DNA of 64,000 nt from Polyangiales bacterium. GTDB lineage: Bacteria; Myxococcota_A; Polyangia; Polyangiales; Polyangiaceae. A program made the translations under genes and the position numbers. The stretch lies in assembly GCA_038230375.1 (NCBI GenBank), contig JBBRNJ010000002.1:160001-224000 (forward strand). Direction: 5' to 3'. Of the stretch, positions 19,114 through 31,423 are shown piece after piece (the first letter of the stretch is position 1; every line of letters starts with the position of its first letter). A model generated the notes under the pieces. It saw only the letters and a list, made by a program, of their open reading frames with translations, ran no database searches and was not told the origin of the DNA.

Positions 19114-20817
19114 GTGAGCCGGCCGCAAGAGGACGCGCACGAGAGCAACGACGAGATCGGACCCGCGTCAGATCGCCGGCCCTTGCTGTGGCCTGACTTC
19201 AGGCCCGAATGGGTGCTGTTCGAGGACGCGCACGTGATCTTCGCGGACAAGCCCTGCGGCGTATCCACGCAGGCCGCGGATCCGACAGAGCCGGACGATC
19301 TGGTGCTGCGCCTTGGGCGCTACCGCGAAGCACGCGGCGAGCCTTCGTACCTGGGCGTGCACCAGCGGCTGGACAAGGAGACGAGCGGCGTCATGGTCTT
19401 CGCGAAGGAGAAGACGGTGAACGCGCACCTTGCCAAGGTCTTCGAGGGGCGCGAGGCAAAGAAGGTGTATCTTGCATGCGTCGAGGGCTTCCGCGGCGAC
19501 GGCGGCCCGATGGACGACGTGCTGGACGGCAAGAAGGCGCGCGCCGTGGTGAAGGTGAAGAAGCGAGCGGGGAAGCGCGCTCTCCTGGAGATCACGCTCC
19601 TCACCGGGCGCATGCACCAGATCCGTGCGCAGCTCGCAAAGCGTCGGGCCCCGGTGTGCGGGGACGCCCTGTATGACGGGCCGCCCGCGCCCCGACTCAT
19701 GCTCCATGCGCATGCGCTGTCGTTCCCGAAGCCCGAAGGCGGCGTGTACGAGGTGACGTCGAAGGCGCCGCGCGAGCTCACGACGTGGGTGGAGGGCGCG
19801 CGCGACACGGACGTGTACGAGGACGCAGCGAGCGTGCGCCGCGTGCTGCATCGCGCGATGGAGCGCCGATTCGGCCTGGGTCGTAGCGATCACACCAACG
19901 CATTCCGTCTGGTGAACGAGGAAGGCGACGGCCTCCCGCGGCTCGCGGTGGACGCCTACGACGGATGGCTGGTCGCGCAGCTCTACGGCACGGACGGGCC
20001 GTGGGCGAAGAAGGAGACGCGCGACCGCGTGCTGGACGAGCTCCTCGCGCTGGGTTTTCGCGGCATCTACCTCAAGGTGCGCCCCAAGCAGGCGAACGAG
20101 CTCGTGGACACCCGCCGTGAGGACCTCGCGCCGAAGCTGCCGGTGCGCGGAGAGGCAGCGCCCGACGCATTCGTCGTACACGAGCTCGGTGTGCCGTACA
20201 CGGTCAAGCTCGGCGACGGCCTATCCACGGGCATCTTCCTGGACCAGCGGAAGAACCGGCGCCTCGTGCGCGAGCTCTCGAACGGCGCGCGTGTACTGAA
20301 CCTGTTCTCGTACACGTGTCCCTTCACGGTGGCAGCGGCGGTGGGCGGCGCGTCGCAGACCGTGAGCGTGGACGCTGCGCCCGCGTCGCTCGAGTGGGGA
20401 ATGAAGAACGTGGTCGCTGCCGTGGGTGAGGCGGACCGCAAGAAGCATGCGTTCGTCGCCATGGACGTGTTCGCGTACCTCGCGCGCGAGGAGAAGCGCG
20501 CGACCAGGTTCGACCTTGTGATCGTGGACCCCCCGAGCTACTCGAACACGAAGCGCCATCGCTTCTCGGCTACCTCCGACTATCCAGCGCTGCTCGCGAG
20601 CGCGATGCGCCTCTGCGCCCCTCGAGGGCGGATCGTTGCATGTTGCAACCATCGCGGAATCTCGCAGTCGAAGTTCCGCAAGTTCGCGTTCGACGCCGCC
20701 CGCCTCTCTGGTCGCTCGGTGGCGCAGGCCAAGGATCTCCCGGTGGGCTCCGACTATCCGGTGGTGGCAGGCGCAGACCCACACATGAAGAGCGTCCTCA
20801 TCTCGCTGGAAAGCTGA
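19114..20817 (+). CDS. fusion of an RluA-family pseudouridine synthase and an RlmI/RlmK-type SAM methyltransferase
   Basis: N-half: 'DKPCG', 'HQRLDKETSG', 'TGRMHQIR', 'GDALY', 'LMLHA'. C-half: 'FRLVNEEGDGLP', 'TGIFLDQR', 'VLNLFSYT', 'DPPSY'. Confidence 0.9.
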   Translation: MSRPQEDAHESNDEIGPASDRRPLLWPDFRPEWVLFEDAHVIFADKPCGVSTQAADPTEPDDLVLRLGRYREARGEPSYLGVHQRLDKETSGVMVFAKEKTVNAHLAKVFEGREAKKVYLACVEGFRGDGGPMDDVLDGKKARAVVKVKKRAGKRALLEITLLTGRMHQIRAQLAKRRAPVCGDALYDGPPAPRLMLHAHALSFPKPEGGVYEVTSKAPRELTTWVEGARDTDVYEDAASVRRVLHRAMERRFGLGRSDHTNAFRLVNEEGDGLPRLAVDAYDGWLVAQLYGTDGPWAKKETRDRVLDELLALGFRGIYLKVRPKQANELVDTRREDLAPKLPVRGEAAPDAFVVHELGVPYTVKLGDGLSTGIFLDQRKNRRLVRELSNGARVLNLFSYTCPFTVAAAVGGASQTVSVDAAPASLEWGMKNVVAAVGEADRKKHAFVAMDVFAYLAREEKRATRFDLVIVDPPSYSNTKRHRFSATSDYPALLASAMRLCAPRGRIVACCNHRGISQSKFRKFAFDAARLSGRSVAQAKDLPVGSDYPVVAGADPHMKSVLISLES

Positions 20818-20845
20818 TCGCGGGCATGCGAGAAACGAGCACCGC

Positions 20846-22366
20846 ATGACGACAAGCGCTTCCACGGTGCCAACGAACAAGCTCCCGTTCATGGACCAGG
20901 TGCGGCAGTTCCGCAGGCCGTTCTGGTTCGCGAACATCATGGAGCTGATCGAGCGGCTCGCGTACTACGGCGTCCGCGTCGTCATCCCGATCTACATCGC
21001 AAGCTCGGAGGACCCGAACGGCCTCCACTTCACGAACTCACAGAAGGGCACGATCCTCACGGTCTGGGCGCTGGTGCAGTGCCTCTTGCCCATGTTCACG
21101 GGCGGGTTCGCGGATCGCTATGGTCGCAAGCCCACGATCGCGATCTCGATCGGCATCAAGATGACCGGCTACCTGCTCATGGCCTCGCAGCACACGTTCT
21201 GGGGCTTCTTTCTGGCATGCCAGGTGCTGGCGGCGGGCACCGCGATCTTCAAGCCTGGTGTCCAGGGCACGCTGGTGCGCGGCACCACCAAGGAGAACTC
21301 GTCCGTCGGCTGGGGCTTCTTCTATCAGGTGGTGAACATCGGTGGGTGGCTCGGGCCGCCGCTCGCGGGCTATCTGCATCGCCTTGCGTGGAAGTGGGTG
21401 TTCATCTCGTGCGCGGTGATCGTTTCCACCAACTTCCTGATGCTGCTCCTCTACAAGGACGACGACGGCGAGCTCGCAGACGCCGCGGAGAAGAAGCGCG
21501 CGGAGGAGGCGGGCGAGAAGCCGAAGGAGAAGGAGAAGGACAAGAACCCGTGGGAGGTGCTGGTCTTCTCCGTGAGCACGATGTTCCGGCCGCGGCTCAT
21601 CTCGTTCATCCTGATCATGAGCGGCTTCTGGGTCATGTTCATGCAGCTCTACGACGCGCTGCCGAACTTCATCGAGGAGTGGACGGACAGCGGCTCGCTC
21701 GTGGCAAGCCTTGGCCTCAAGGAGGGCCTGCTCGCGCAGATGACGCCGCGCGGCCTGCAGGTCCCGCAGGAGTGGATGATCAACCTGGACTCGACGGCGA
21801 TCGTCTTCTTGATGATCCCCGTCGCGGCGATCACGTCGCGCATCAGGCGACTGCGGTCGATCTTCATCGGCATGTTGATCGCGTGCGCCGGCCTCCTCAT
21901 GTGCGGCCTCACGACCAGCGGCGGGCTTTGCCTGTTCGGTATCTTCGTGTTCGCCATTGGCGAGATGACGGCGGCGCCGAAGATGAACGAGTACCTGGGC
22001 GTGATCGCGCCGAAGGGCCAGGAGGCGCTCTACATGGGCTACGCGAACGTGCCCTTCGCGGTGGGATGGACGGCGGGCGCGTACGTCGCGGGCAACGTCT
22101 ACGAGTCGCTCGCGGACAAGGCGAACCTGGCGACGCGCTACTTGAAGGAGCACGGTCAGTCGGTGGAAGGGCTGGAGCGAACGAAGGCGATGGCAGCCCT
22201 GCAGGACTTCACACACATGGACGCGCGCGCGGCCACGCAGATGCTCTGGGACACGTACCACCCGTACACGTTCTGGTACCCCTTCGTGGCCGTTGGCCTC
22301 CTCTCCGCAGTGGGCATGTTGATCTACGGACGCCAGGCCTCGAAGTGGACCACCGAGAACGCCTGA
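20846..22366 (+). CDS. MFS transporter, POT/PTR-like
   Basis: ExxERxxYY motif 'ELIERLAYYG', 'FADRYGRK', 'FYQVVNIG' and 'GEMTAAP'. Confidence 0.88.
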   Translation: MTTSASTVPTNKLPFMDQVRQFRRPFWFANIMELIERLAYYGVRVVIPIYIASSEDPNGLHFTNSQKGTILTVWALVQCLLPMFTGGFADRYGRKPTIAISIGIKMTGYLLMASQHTFWGFFLACQVLAAGTAIFKPGVQGTLVRGTTKENSSVGWGFFYQVVNIGGWLGPPLAGYLHRLAWKWVFISCAVIVSTNFLMLLLYKDDDGELADAAEKKRAEEAGEKPKEKEKDKNPWEVLVFSVSTMFRPRLISFILIMSGFWVMFMQLYDALPNFIEEWTDSGSLVASLGLKEGLLAQMTPRGLQVPQEWMINLDSTAIVFLMIPVAAITSRIRRLRSIFIGMLIACAGLLMCGLTTSGGLCLFGIFVFAIGEMTAAPKMNEYLGVIAPKGQEALYMGYANVPFAVGWTAGAYVAGNVYESLADKANLATRYLKEHGQSVEGLERTKAMAALQDFTHMDARAATQMLWDTYHPYTFWYPFVAVGLLSAVGMLIYGRQASKWTTENA

Positions 22367-22484
22367 CCCGCGCTCCCATTTGCGTGTGATCTTGGTGTGT
22401 TGCAGCAGGGCCAAGAAAAGACGGTCGGGGGTGTAAGAATGGTCTCGGTGGATGCGTTCTTGATGGCGAACGGAGGGATTGGTC

Positions 22485-23426
22485 ATGATGAAGCGTCTCT
22501 GGTTGTTTTGCGCGGTTCTGTTCCTTCTCGCGGGTTGCGGTGGCGCTGCGGAGAAGTCCGCGCAGGCACCGGCAAACGCCGGCTACGCCCGCGGTGGCGG
22601 CGCGCAGCAGAACTCTTCTAGCCCCAGCACTGCAGGCGTCTCCATGGACGCCCCTGCTCCTCCGCCGGCCGCAAGCGCGCCTGCGGACTTCTCTCCCGGC
22701 TCCGGCAGCTCAAAGTCCGCGAGCAGCGAATCACAGCCCACGCGTCCGAGCCCCGAGCCGCGGGAGCGCCAGGGCCTTGGCACCGAGTTTGGCGAGTCGC
22801 GCACCTCGCGCGTCCACGACGTGACCTTCGTCCGCGCCGACCACGACCGCCCCATGGGCCTTGCGCAGATCTTCTACAACGACAGGAACGGCGTCGATGC
22901 GCTCGCGAACTTCCACGCGTCGAAGGGCCCCCGCGGCCGTGACATCGAGGCGGCCGACGGCGCAGTGACCGTCAGCATTCGTGACGGCAACGGCGACGCG
23001 CTCGAGACCTCGCGCATCGGTGACCGCACGTACATCGTCGGTCAGGCCGGCCAGCGCTACACCATCACGTTGCAGAACCGCACCCAGCACCGCTTCGAGG
23101 CCATCGCCACCGTGGACGGCCTGGACGTCATCAACGGCAAGACCGGCACGCTCGACAACCGCGGCTATGTGCTCATGCCCTTCGCCACGCTGGAAATCGA
23201 GGGCTTCCGTCAGAGCCAGGACGCAGTCGCCAGCTTCCGCTTCGGCGCAGTCGCCGACAGCTACGCGGCGCAGACCGGCAGCGCGCGCAACGTGGGCGTC
23301 ATCGGTATCGCCTTCTTCTCCGAGCGCGGCGACAGCTTCGTCAGCGAGCGCGAGCTCCGCCTCCGCGACAGCGCGAATCCCTTCCCGGGCTCGGACCCCC
23401 GCTTCGCGCAGCCCCCGCGTCGCTGA
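22485..23426 (+). CDS. lipoprotein, conserved hypothetical
   Basis: RBS GGAGGG at 22472, lipobox 'LLAGC', an S/P/A-rich linker and a globular C-domain ('VDGLDVING...RGYVL...NVGVIGIAFF'). Confidence 0.75.
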   Translation: MMKRLWLFCAVLFLLAGCGGAAEKSAQAPANAGYARGGGAQQNSSSPSTAGVSMDAPAPPPAASAPADFSPGSGSSKSASSESQPTRPSPEPRERQGLGTEFGESRTSRVHDVTFVRADHDRPMGLAQIFYNDRNGVDALANFHASKGPRGRDIEAADGAVTVSIRDGNGDALETSRIGDRTYIVGQAGQRYTITLQNRTQHRFEAIATVDGLDVINGKTGTLDNRGYVLMPFATLEIEGFRQSQDAVASFRFGAVADSYAAQTGSARNVGVIGIAFFSERGDSFVSERELRLRDSANPFPGSDPRFAQPPRR

Positions 23427-23445
23427 GCCGAACCAGAGACGAGTG

Positions 23446-23490
23446 AACGTGAGAGCGCGATCGGCGAGAGCTGGTCGCGCTTCTCTCGTT
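23446..23490. terminator. hairpin between convergent genes, probable bidirectional terminator
   Basis: agcgcgatcggc-GAGA-gctggtcgcgct forms a 12-bp stem with two G-U pairs and a GNRA loop, extendable by aacg/cgtt. Confidence 0.6.
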
Positions 23491-23492
23491 TG

Positions 23493-24938
23493 TCAGTCGG
23501 CGGGCTTCGATTGCAGCTCGTCGAGGGCGACCTTTGGTCCCTTGAAGCGCTTCTGCACCACCAGGAAGTAGAGAAGGCAGAGGACCACCACGGTGCCCGC
23601 AAGGAGCTTGCCGGCCAGCGCGTTCGGCGGGAGCCCGCACACCACGATGACGAAGACACACCAGAGGACCGAGATGAGCGAGACCACGCTGCCCGCGCGT
23701 CCAAGGGTGAAGGGGCCTTGCCGGCGCCACTTCCCCGAGCGGCGCGCGAGCAGGCCGAAGAAGATCGGCATTCCGTAGCTCGCGTAGAGGGCCATGGCGC
23801 TCATGGCCGCGACGGCAGGGAAGACGTCGTCACTGAGGCGTGACGTGAGCGCCACGAGCAACAGCGGCGCGACGAAGAACGTGCATACTGCATACGTTGG
23901 CGTCTTGAACGTGGGGCTCACGTGGGAGAGCACATGTGGGACGCCACGGTCGCGCGCGAAGGCGAAGAGCGTGCGGGACGCGGACGTCACGCTGGAGAGG
24001 CCGCAGAACCACATGGCGAACAGCGCGAGCGCCATGGACCATCGTCCGGCGTTCGGGCCCAGCGAGTCGCGCATGATGCGGAGCGCGGCGTGCTTGTCGT
24101 CGGCCGTGGCAGCGAGGTCGTTGATGCCGAGCGTGAGCCCGCAGAGCAGCGCATAGCCCACCATGGCGCTGACGATGACGCTCGACATGATACCAAGGGG
24201 CGACTTGCGCGCGGCGTCGCGCGTCTCCTCGGCGAGGTGGGCGCTTGCGTCGTACCCGGTGAACGTGAACATGCCGAGCAACAGCGCGTTCAGGAAGCCC
24301 ATGCCGTAGTGGTGATCCGCGCGCGTGGTGAAGCCGGTCTGCGCCAGGTAGCCCACGTCGTGCTTCTTCGCGAACGCGAACAGCAGCACCACCAGCACCG
24401 CGACGCCGACGATGTGCACCGTGGCGGAGAAGTCGTTCAGGATGGCCACGAGGCGCACCCAGAACAGGTTCACGATCGCATGTGACAGCAGGATGCCGGC
24501 GTAGATCCGAAACGTGTAGGATGCATCGAGTTCGAGCGTGCCCACAAGCTGGTCGGCCAGGCCAAAGTCGATGGCGGCGACGATCGCGACTTGCCCGGTC
24601 AGGTTCACCGCCGCGGTCATCCAGCCAGCGCCCTTGCCGCCAAGGAGCGACGACCAGTGGTAGAGCGCGCCGGCCGTGGGGAAGGCGCTGGACAGCTCCG
24701 AGAGCGAAGCGGCGACCGCGATCGTCCCCACGCACACGAGCGGCCAGCCGAGGCCGAGGCCCGCGGGTCCACCTGCCGACAGCGCGTCCTTGTAGGTGGT
24801 GATGATCCCCGTGACCACGCTGATGACGGAGAAAGAGAGCGCGAAGCTGGAAAACCCGCCCATCGCGCGGAAGAGCTCCTGCGCGTAGCCGAACTTCGAC
24901 AGCTCGCTCTTGTCGATCTCGTCCTCCGCGCGGCCCAT
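23493..24938 (-). CDS. APC-family amino acid permease
   Basis: 'GYAQELFR', 'FSSFALSFSVIS', 'ELSSAFPTAGALYHW' and 'TGYDASAHLAEET'; about 12 TMs. Confidence 0.92.
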   Translation of the reverse strand: MGRAEDEIDKSELSKFGYAQELFRAMGGFSSFALSFSVISVVTGIITTYKDALSAGGPAGLGLGWPLVCVGTIAVAASLSELSSAFPTAGALYHWSSLLGGKGAGWMTAAVNLTGQVAIVAAIDFGLADQLVGTLELDASYTFRIYAGILLSHAIVNLFWVRLVAILNDFSATVHIVGVAVLVVLLFAFAKKHDVGYLAQTGFTTRADHHYGMGFLNALLLGMFTFTGYDASAHLAEETRDAARKSPLGIMSSVIVSAMVGYALLCGLTLGINDLAATADDKHAALRIMRDSLGPNAGRWSMALALFAMWFCGLSSVTSASRTLFAFARDRGVPHVLSHVSPTFKTPTYAVCTFFVAPLLLVALTSRLSDDVFPAVAAMSAMALYASYGMPIFFGLLARRSGKWRRQGPFTLGRAGSVVSLISVLWCVFVIVVCGLPPNALAGKLLAGTVVVLCLLYFLVVQKRFKGPKVALDELQSKPAD

Positions 24939-24985
24939 CGCGAACGACCGTACCTCATCTGGGAAAATCGACTAGTCTGCGTTCC

Positions 24986-25516
24986 GTGACAGACGACGAC
25001 GACGACATCAAGCCCGTGAAGAAGAAGGTGGCGCTCAAGCCGAAGAGCAAGAGCGCGCCGCCGCGCTTCCAGGTGGCGAATCGCGTCGTCAAGTTGCTCG
25101 CGCTCGCAGTAGGCGCGTTCATCTCCGTCGTCGGCTGGATGAGCATCTTCGGCCTCTTGATTGACAGCGGCATCGTGCGCTTCGTCCTCGCGCTGCTCCC
25201 GACCATCGGCGTTGGCCTCGTGATCGTCGATCGCGTGCTGAAGCGCTTCAACGTGGAGGATCGCGGCGGGGCCATGCTGGACGTGTATGCCGTGTTCCTC
25301 ATGGTGCAGGCCGTTCTCTTCGTGGTGCTCGGCGGCGTGACCCACGGTGCGTTCACCAAGGAAGGCGATCACTACGCGAAGTCTGGCTCCCGTGGCCTCG
25401 CTCGCGCGGCGTACCTTCTGGGGGGCAAGAGCCCGAGCTTCCCGGACGAGCCCGCTGGCGGAGCGTCTGGGGCAGCAGACGCCGGCGCCGGTGACGCAGG
25501 AAAGGCGGCACGTTGA
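24986..25516 (+). CDS. hypothetical membrane protein (3 TMs)
   Basis: 176-aa ORF whose stop overlaps the next ATG (TGATG). Confidence 0.65.
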   Translation: MTDDDDDIKPVKKKVALKPKSKSAPPRFQVANRVVKLLALAVGAFISVVGWMSIFGLLIDSGIVRFVLALLPTIGVGLVIVDRVLKRFNVEDRGGAMLDVYAVFLMVQAVLFVVLGGVTHGAFTKEGDHYAKSGSRGLARAAYLLGGKSPSFPDEPAGGASGAADAGAGDAGKAAR

Positions 25517-26922
25517 TGCGCACCTATGGAGTCTTCCTGGCCCTGCTGGGCATGCTCGTCGCGGTCGGCTTCCTGCTCGGCACGACCCCGCGCGACGCGT
25601 ACAAGGCGCCCGCAGAAGAGATCGACCCCGACGTGGACGGTGGCGCCGCGCTCTCGGACGCGCGCGCGCCAGAGGCCGGAGCCACCGCGCCGATGGAGGC
25701 CGCAGCCCCGATCGTACCCTCGAACAAGCTTCGCCTTGCTGTGCTCTCGTGGGAGCTCGCCGCGCCGATCGCCGGGATGGATCCGGCGATGGTGGAGGCG
25801 ACCGTGCTCTCCGTTCCGCAGGGCGTGGAGACACGGCTCGCGCGCGGCGGTGACGACACAGAGGGCGCAGACCTGGCCGTCGTGCCGCTCGCCGAGTTCA
25901 TCTCCATGTATGACCGCCTGCGCGCGCTGGAGCCCAGCGTCGTTGCGATCGCCGGCTACTCGCACGGCAAGGAGGAGCTCACTGCACCAGGGGACGCTGC
26001 CGCTCCCAAGGCCGGTGAGACCGTCGGCACCTCCGGCGAGGCCGCCGCGACCATGCTCTCCATCTACGCGCTCGACTTCATGAGGACCGACGTGTCCAAG
26101 GTGAAGCTCGTGAGCGATCCTGCGGACGTCGCGAACGCCGCATGGGTCACCGGGCCGCACGCCGCCACCAAGAAGCGCATCGTGCTGTCCTCCGCCGATG
26201 CGTCGCGCCTGCTCCCGGCCGTGATCATTGCGCCGCGCCGCACGCGTGAGGCGAAGAAGGCGGACCTCGTGAAGTTCGTGGCCGCATGGTTCGAAGGCAC
26301 CGCGCGCGTGCGTGGCAATGCGCCGGGTGTCGCGAAGGAGCTCGAGGCCCGCAAGGCGCCGCTGTTCTCGGGCGCCAGCGAGAAGCCGCAGGGCGCGCTC
26401 GCCATCGTCGAGCGCCTTGGTCAGATCGAGTGGACGACGCCGCAGGACAACACGGACGCGTTCGGCATCACGGAGTCCAAGGTGATGCACGTGGACGACC
26501 TGATGACGCTGTCGTGGCGCTTGCTTCGCACCGCGGGGGTCATCGCGGCCAGCACGCCCGCGCAGCTGCCGATCACGAAGGACATCGTAGCCGAGGCCGC
26601 GAAGGTCACGCCCCCACCACCAGGCGACGCACCCAAGGCGCCCGCGGAGCTCATGGACGACGCGGGCGCGCCGAAGGGCCTGAACGTGCTCCTCACGCGT
26701 CGCTACGACGACCTGGACGAGGCCACGTTGCTCGCGGACATCGCGCAGACCGCGCGTCTGTTCGACCACGGCATCGTCCGTGTGACGACCCGGGGCGGCG
26801 ACAAGGCCTCGCGCACGCTCGTCTCGAAGGCGCGCAAGGAATCGCTCACGGAGCGTATTTTCCCGGGGAACGTGGCGCTCGGAACCGCGGCGGCCGCGCT
26901 CGAAGTCTGTGTCGCTCCCTGA
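25516..26922 (+). CDS. exported protein, degenerate substrate-binding (NMT1-like)/OmpA-like architecture
   Basis: N-terminal signal/TM. The central region weakly resembles type II periplasmic binding proteins; the family call is weak. Confidence 0.45.
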   Translation: MRTYGVFLALLGMLVAVGFLLGTTPRDAYKAPAEEIDPDVDGGAALSDARAPEAGATAPMEAAAPIVPSNKLRLAVLSWELAAPIAGMDPAMVEATVLSVPQGVETRLARGGDDTEGADLAVVPLAEFISMYDRLRALEPSVVAIAGYSHGKEELTAPGDAAAPKAGETVGTSGEAAATMLSIYALDFMRTDVSKVKLVSDPADVANAAWVTGPHAATKKRIVLSSADASRLLPAVIIAPRRTREAKKADLVKFVAAWFEGTARVRGNAPGVAKELEARKAPLFSGASEKPQGALAIVERLGQIEWTTPQDNTDAFGITESKVMHVDDLMTLSWRLLRTAGVIAASTPAQLPITKDIVAEAAKVTPPPPGDAPKAPAELMDDAGAPKGLNVLLTRRYDDLDEATLLADIAQTARLFDHGIVRVTTRGGDKASRTLVSKARKESLTERIFPGNVALGTAAAALEVCVAP

Positions 26923-26953
26923 CGGCGCGAGCCTCGGGCACCCGGAAGCGCTC

Positions 26954-27781
26954 GTGGTTCACGACGTGGTGGACCTGCTGACCACGCACAGGCCTGGCCG
27001 GGACTTCGATGGCGTCGTGCGCGTCGCGTCCGGCGTGGATCGCATCGGGTATGCGTTCGCGGTGGGCTACGACGCTGCGCTGCACGAGCTGGTGCCCGCC
27101 GCAAAGGGCCTCTGCGCGCTGGCTGCGACGGAGAACAAGAGCGCGCATCCGCGCGACATCCACACGCGCGTGTCGGCGGACGGCGCGGTGACCGGCGTGA
27201 AGAGCTTCGTCACGCTGGGGAACCTGGCCGATACGATCCTCGTCGTTGCGCGGACAGACACACCGCAGGCAGACGGGCGACCCGATCTGCGGCTCTGCTC
27301 CGTACCCGCCGCTGCAGCAGGGGTGACCCGCGAAGCCCTGCCGGCGACGCCGTTCGCGCCGGAGCTGCCGCACGCGCGCGTCACGTTCGACAACGCCCAG
27401 GGAGAGCTGCTGCCCGGCGACGGGTACGCCCGCTACATGAAGCCGTTCCGCACCGTGGAAGATCTCTGGGTGCACGTCGCGCTCTGCGCGTGGCTCTGGG
27501 GCATGGCCTCGCGTGACGGTTGGGGGGACGCGTTCATGGCGGATGCGCGCGCCGCCCTCGCCGCTTCCAGAAGCCTCCTCTCGGAGGACCCCACGGCTCC
27601 CGCCACACACGTCGCGCTGGCCGCGCTCATCGACCGCGCGCGCGGCCTGGTGGAGCGCGCGTCGTTCTCGGAGGCACGCGCCGCGGAGAAGGCCCTCTTC
27701 GAGCGCGACAGGCCCCTCCTCTGGGTCGCCGAGCGCGCCAGGACCGAGCGCCTTTCGAAGGCCCGTGCGGCTATTGCTTGA
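26954..27781 (+). CDS. acyl-CoA dehydrogenase-family protein (short form)
   Basis: 'CALAATE', 'VTGVKSFVTLG', 'LLPGDGYARYMKPFRTVED'. Start approximate. Confidence 0.75.
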   Translation: MVHDVVDLLTTHRPGRDFDGVVRVASGVDRIGYAFAVGYDAALHELVPAAKGLCALAATENKSAHPRDIHTRVSADGAVTGVKSFVTLGNLADTILVVARTDTPQADGRPDLRLCSVPAAAAGVTREALPATPFAPELPHARVTFDNAQGELLPGDGYARYMKPFRTVEDLWVHVALCAWLWGMASRDGWGDAFMADARAALAASRSLLSEDPTAPATHVALAALIDRARGLVERASFSEARAAEKALFERDRPLLWVAERARTERLSKARAAIA

Positions 27782-27815
27782 CATGTGACTGCCGCAAGGC
27801 TTCCCTCGCGCCCCG

Positions 27816-29922
<2,107 letters not shown>

Positions 29923-29930
<8 letters not shown>

Positions 29931-31368
29931 GGTTCGCGGCGCGGCGCTTGTACACCGCGTAGCCAAGGTCCGTGCTTCCGATGGGGAGCACGCCCTTGCG
30001 CTCGAAGGTGTCCGTGACCCAGCTCTCGCGCAGGAGCCGCACCTCGACGTTGCGTGCGGGCTCGCCGTTCTTCTCGAGCAACAAGAGTGTGTCCACGCCG
30101 CGCGCGGAGAGCAGGCTGGGAGAGATCGCCTTCGACGTGTGACCGCCCGGCAGGTATGCGATCTCGCGATCCGTCACGCCCGCGAGATCGACGAGCGTGG
30201 CGCGCGGCGCGGCGGCTGACACCCAGCCCACGTCCACGCAGGCGATCACATGGGAGTGCGCGAGCACGGGCGCGGCGTTCGTCGCGAGGTCCGCGCGAGC
30301 CGCAAGGGTCTGTCGCGCGTCGTGGGCCCAGTTCGTGAGCCCGAAGACGTCAACCGCGAGGACGAGGACCGCGCGAATCACGACCGACGGAAGCTTCGCA
30401 TCGCCCGCGGTGTCGATCGCAAGCACGAACAGCGCAGGCACGAGCGGCACCATGAGCCGCGCGAGCGGCATGGAGTCGCCACCCACGAACACGACGGCGA
30501 GAACGTGCATGAGCGTGCCTGCGAGGATGGGACGCGCTCCAGTGCCGGGCCTTCCGAGAACCACCGGTGAGAGCACCGCGAACGGCGCGGCGGATGCGAT
30601 CAGCGCGGCCCCGACGTAGACCGCGCCGTGAGAGAGATCGCTCGGCTTGGCCGCGACCGAGAGCGGCGCTGCGGCGCCAAACCACAGCACGCGTATCAGC
30701 GCCATGAGCGCGAACGGGCCCGCCGCGGCAAGGATGGACGACGCCCAGAGCGAGGCCTTCGCCGCGGTGCCATGGTCGTCCACCACACGCGTGAGCGCAA
30801 AGCCGAGCGCGAATGCCCCGAGCTCCGGCCGCAGCGTGGCTGCGAGCCCCGCGCACAACGCGGGCAGCGCCGGGAACCAGGCCGGACCGCGCCGCAACGT
30901 CACTGCGATCGTGACAAGCAGCGCGGCCAGCTCCACCTCCATGCCGCTGGCGGCCCACGCCATGCTCGGCACCGACAGGAGGAACCCGATGCCCAGCAGC
31001 GCGCCCCGCCAGCGTGCGTTTCCGTGCAGCGCAGCGATGCGGCGCGCGACGAGCAGCGCGATCACTCCGTGCACGAGCACCGTGAGCGCCTTCGCGCGCA
31101 AGAGACCGTCCCATGCCGACGCACCGGCCACGAGGGGCACGAGCATGAACGCGAAGGGCAGGGGAGTGACGCCGTCGCTAGGCGCTGCGCCCACGCTCAT
31201 CACGTAGCCGTCGCCGTGGGCAATATGCTGCGCATACGTCACGGGGATCAACGCGTCGTCGACACAATACCCCCAGAAAACAAGCGCAGATGCGATCCCT
31301 CCCACGAACCCGCCGAGCGTGACCGCGCGGGGTAGCAGTGTTGGTTTGGGGTGTCCACTCCGCGTCAT
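29923..31368 (-). CDS. polytopic membrane protein, GT-C-like
   Basis: First-loop 'VDDALIPVTYAQHIAHGDG', 'WAASGMEV', 'RPE', 'VGGDSMP' and 'DLAGVTD'; many TMs. Confidence 0.65.
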
Positions 31369-31423
31369 TGCTTGCCAAAAAGTACATGGTTGCAGGCGCA
31401 GCTCCGTACGATTTCTTCAGCAG

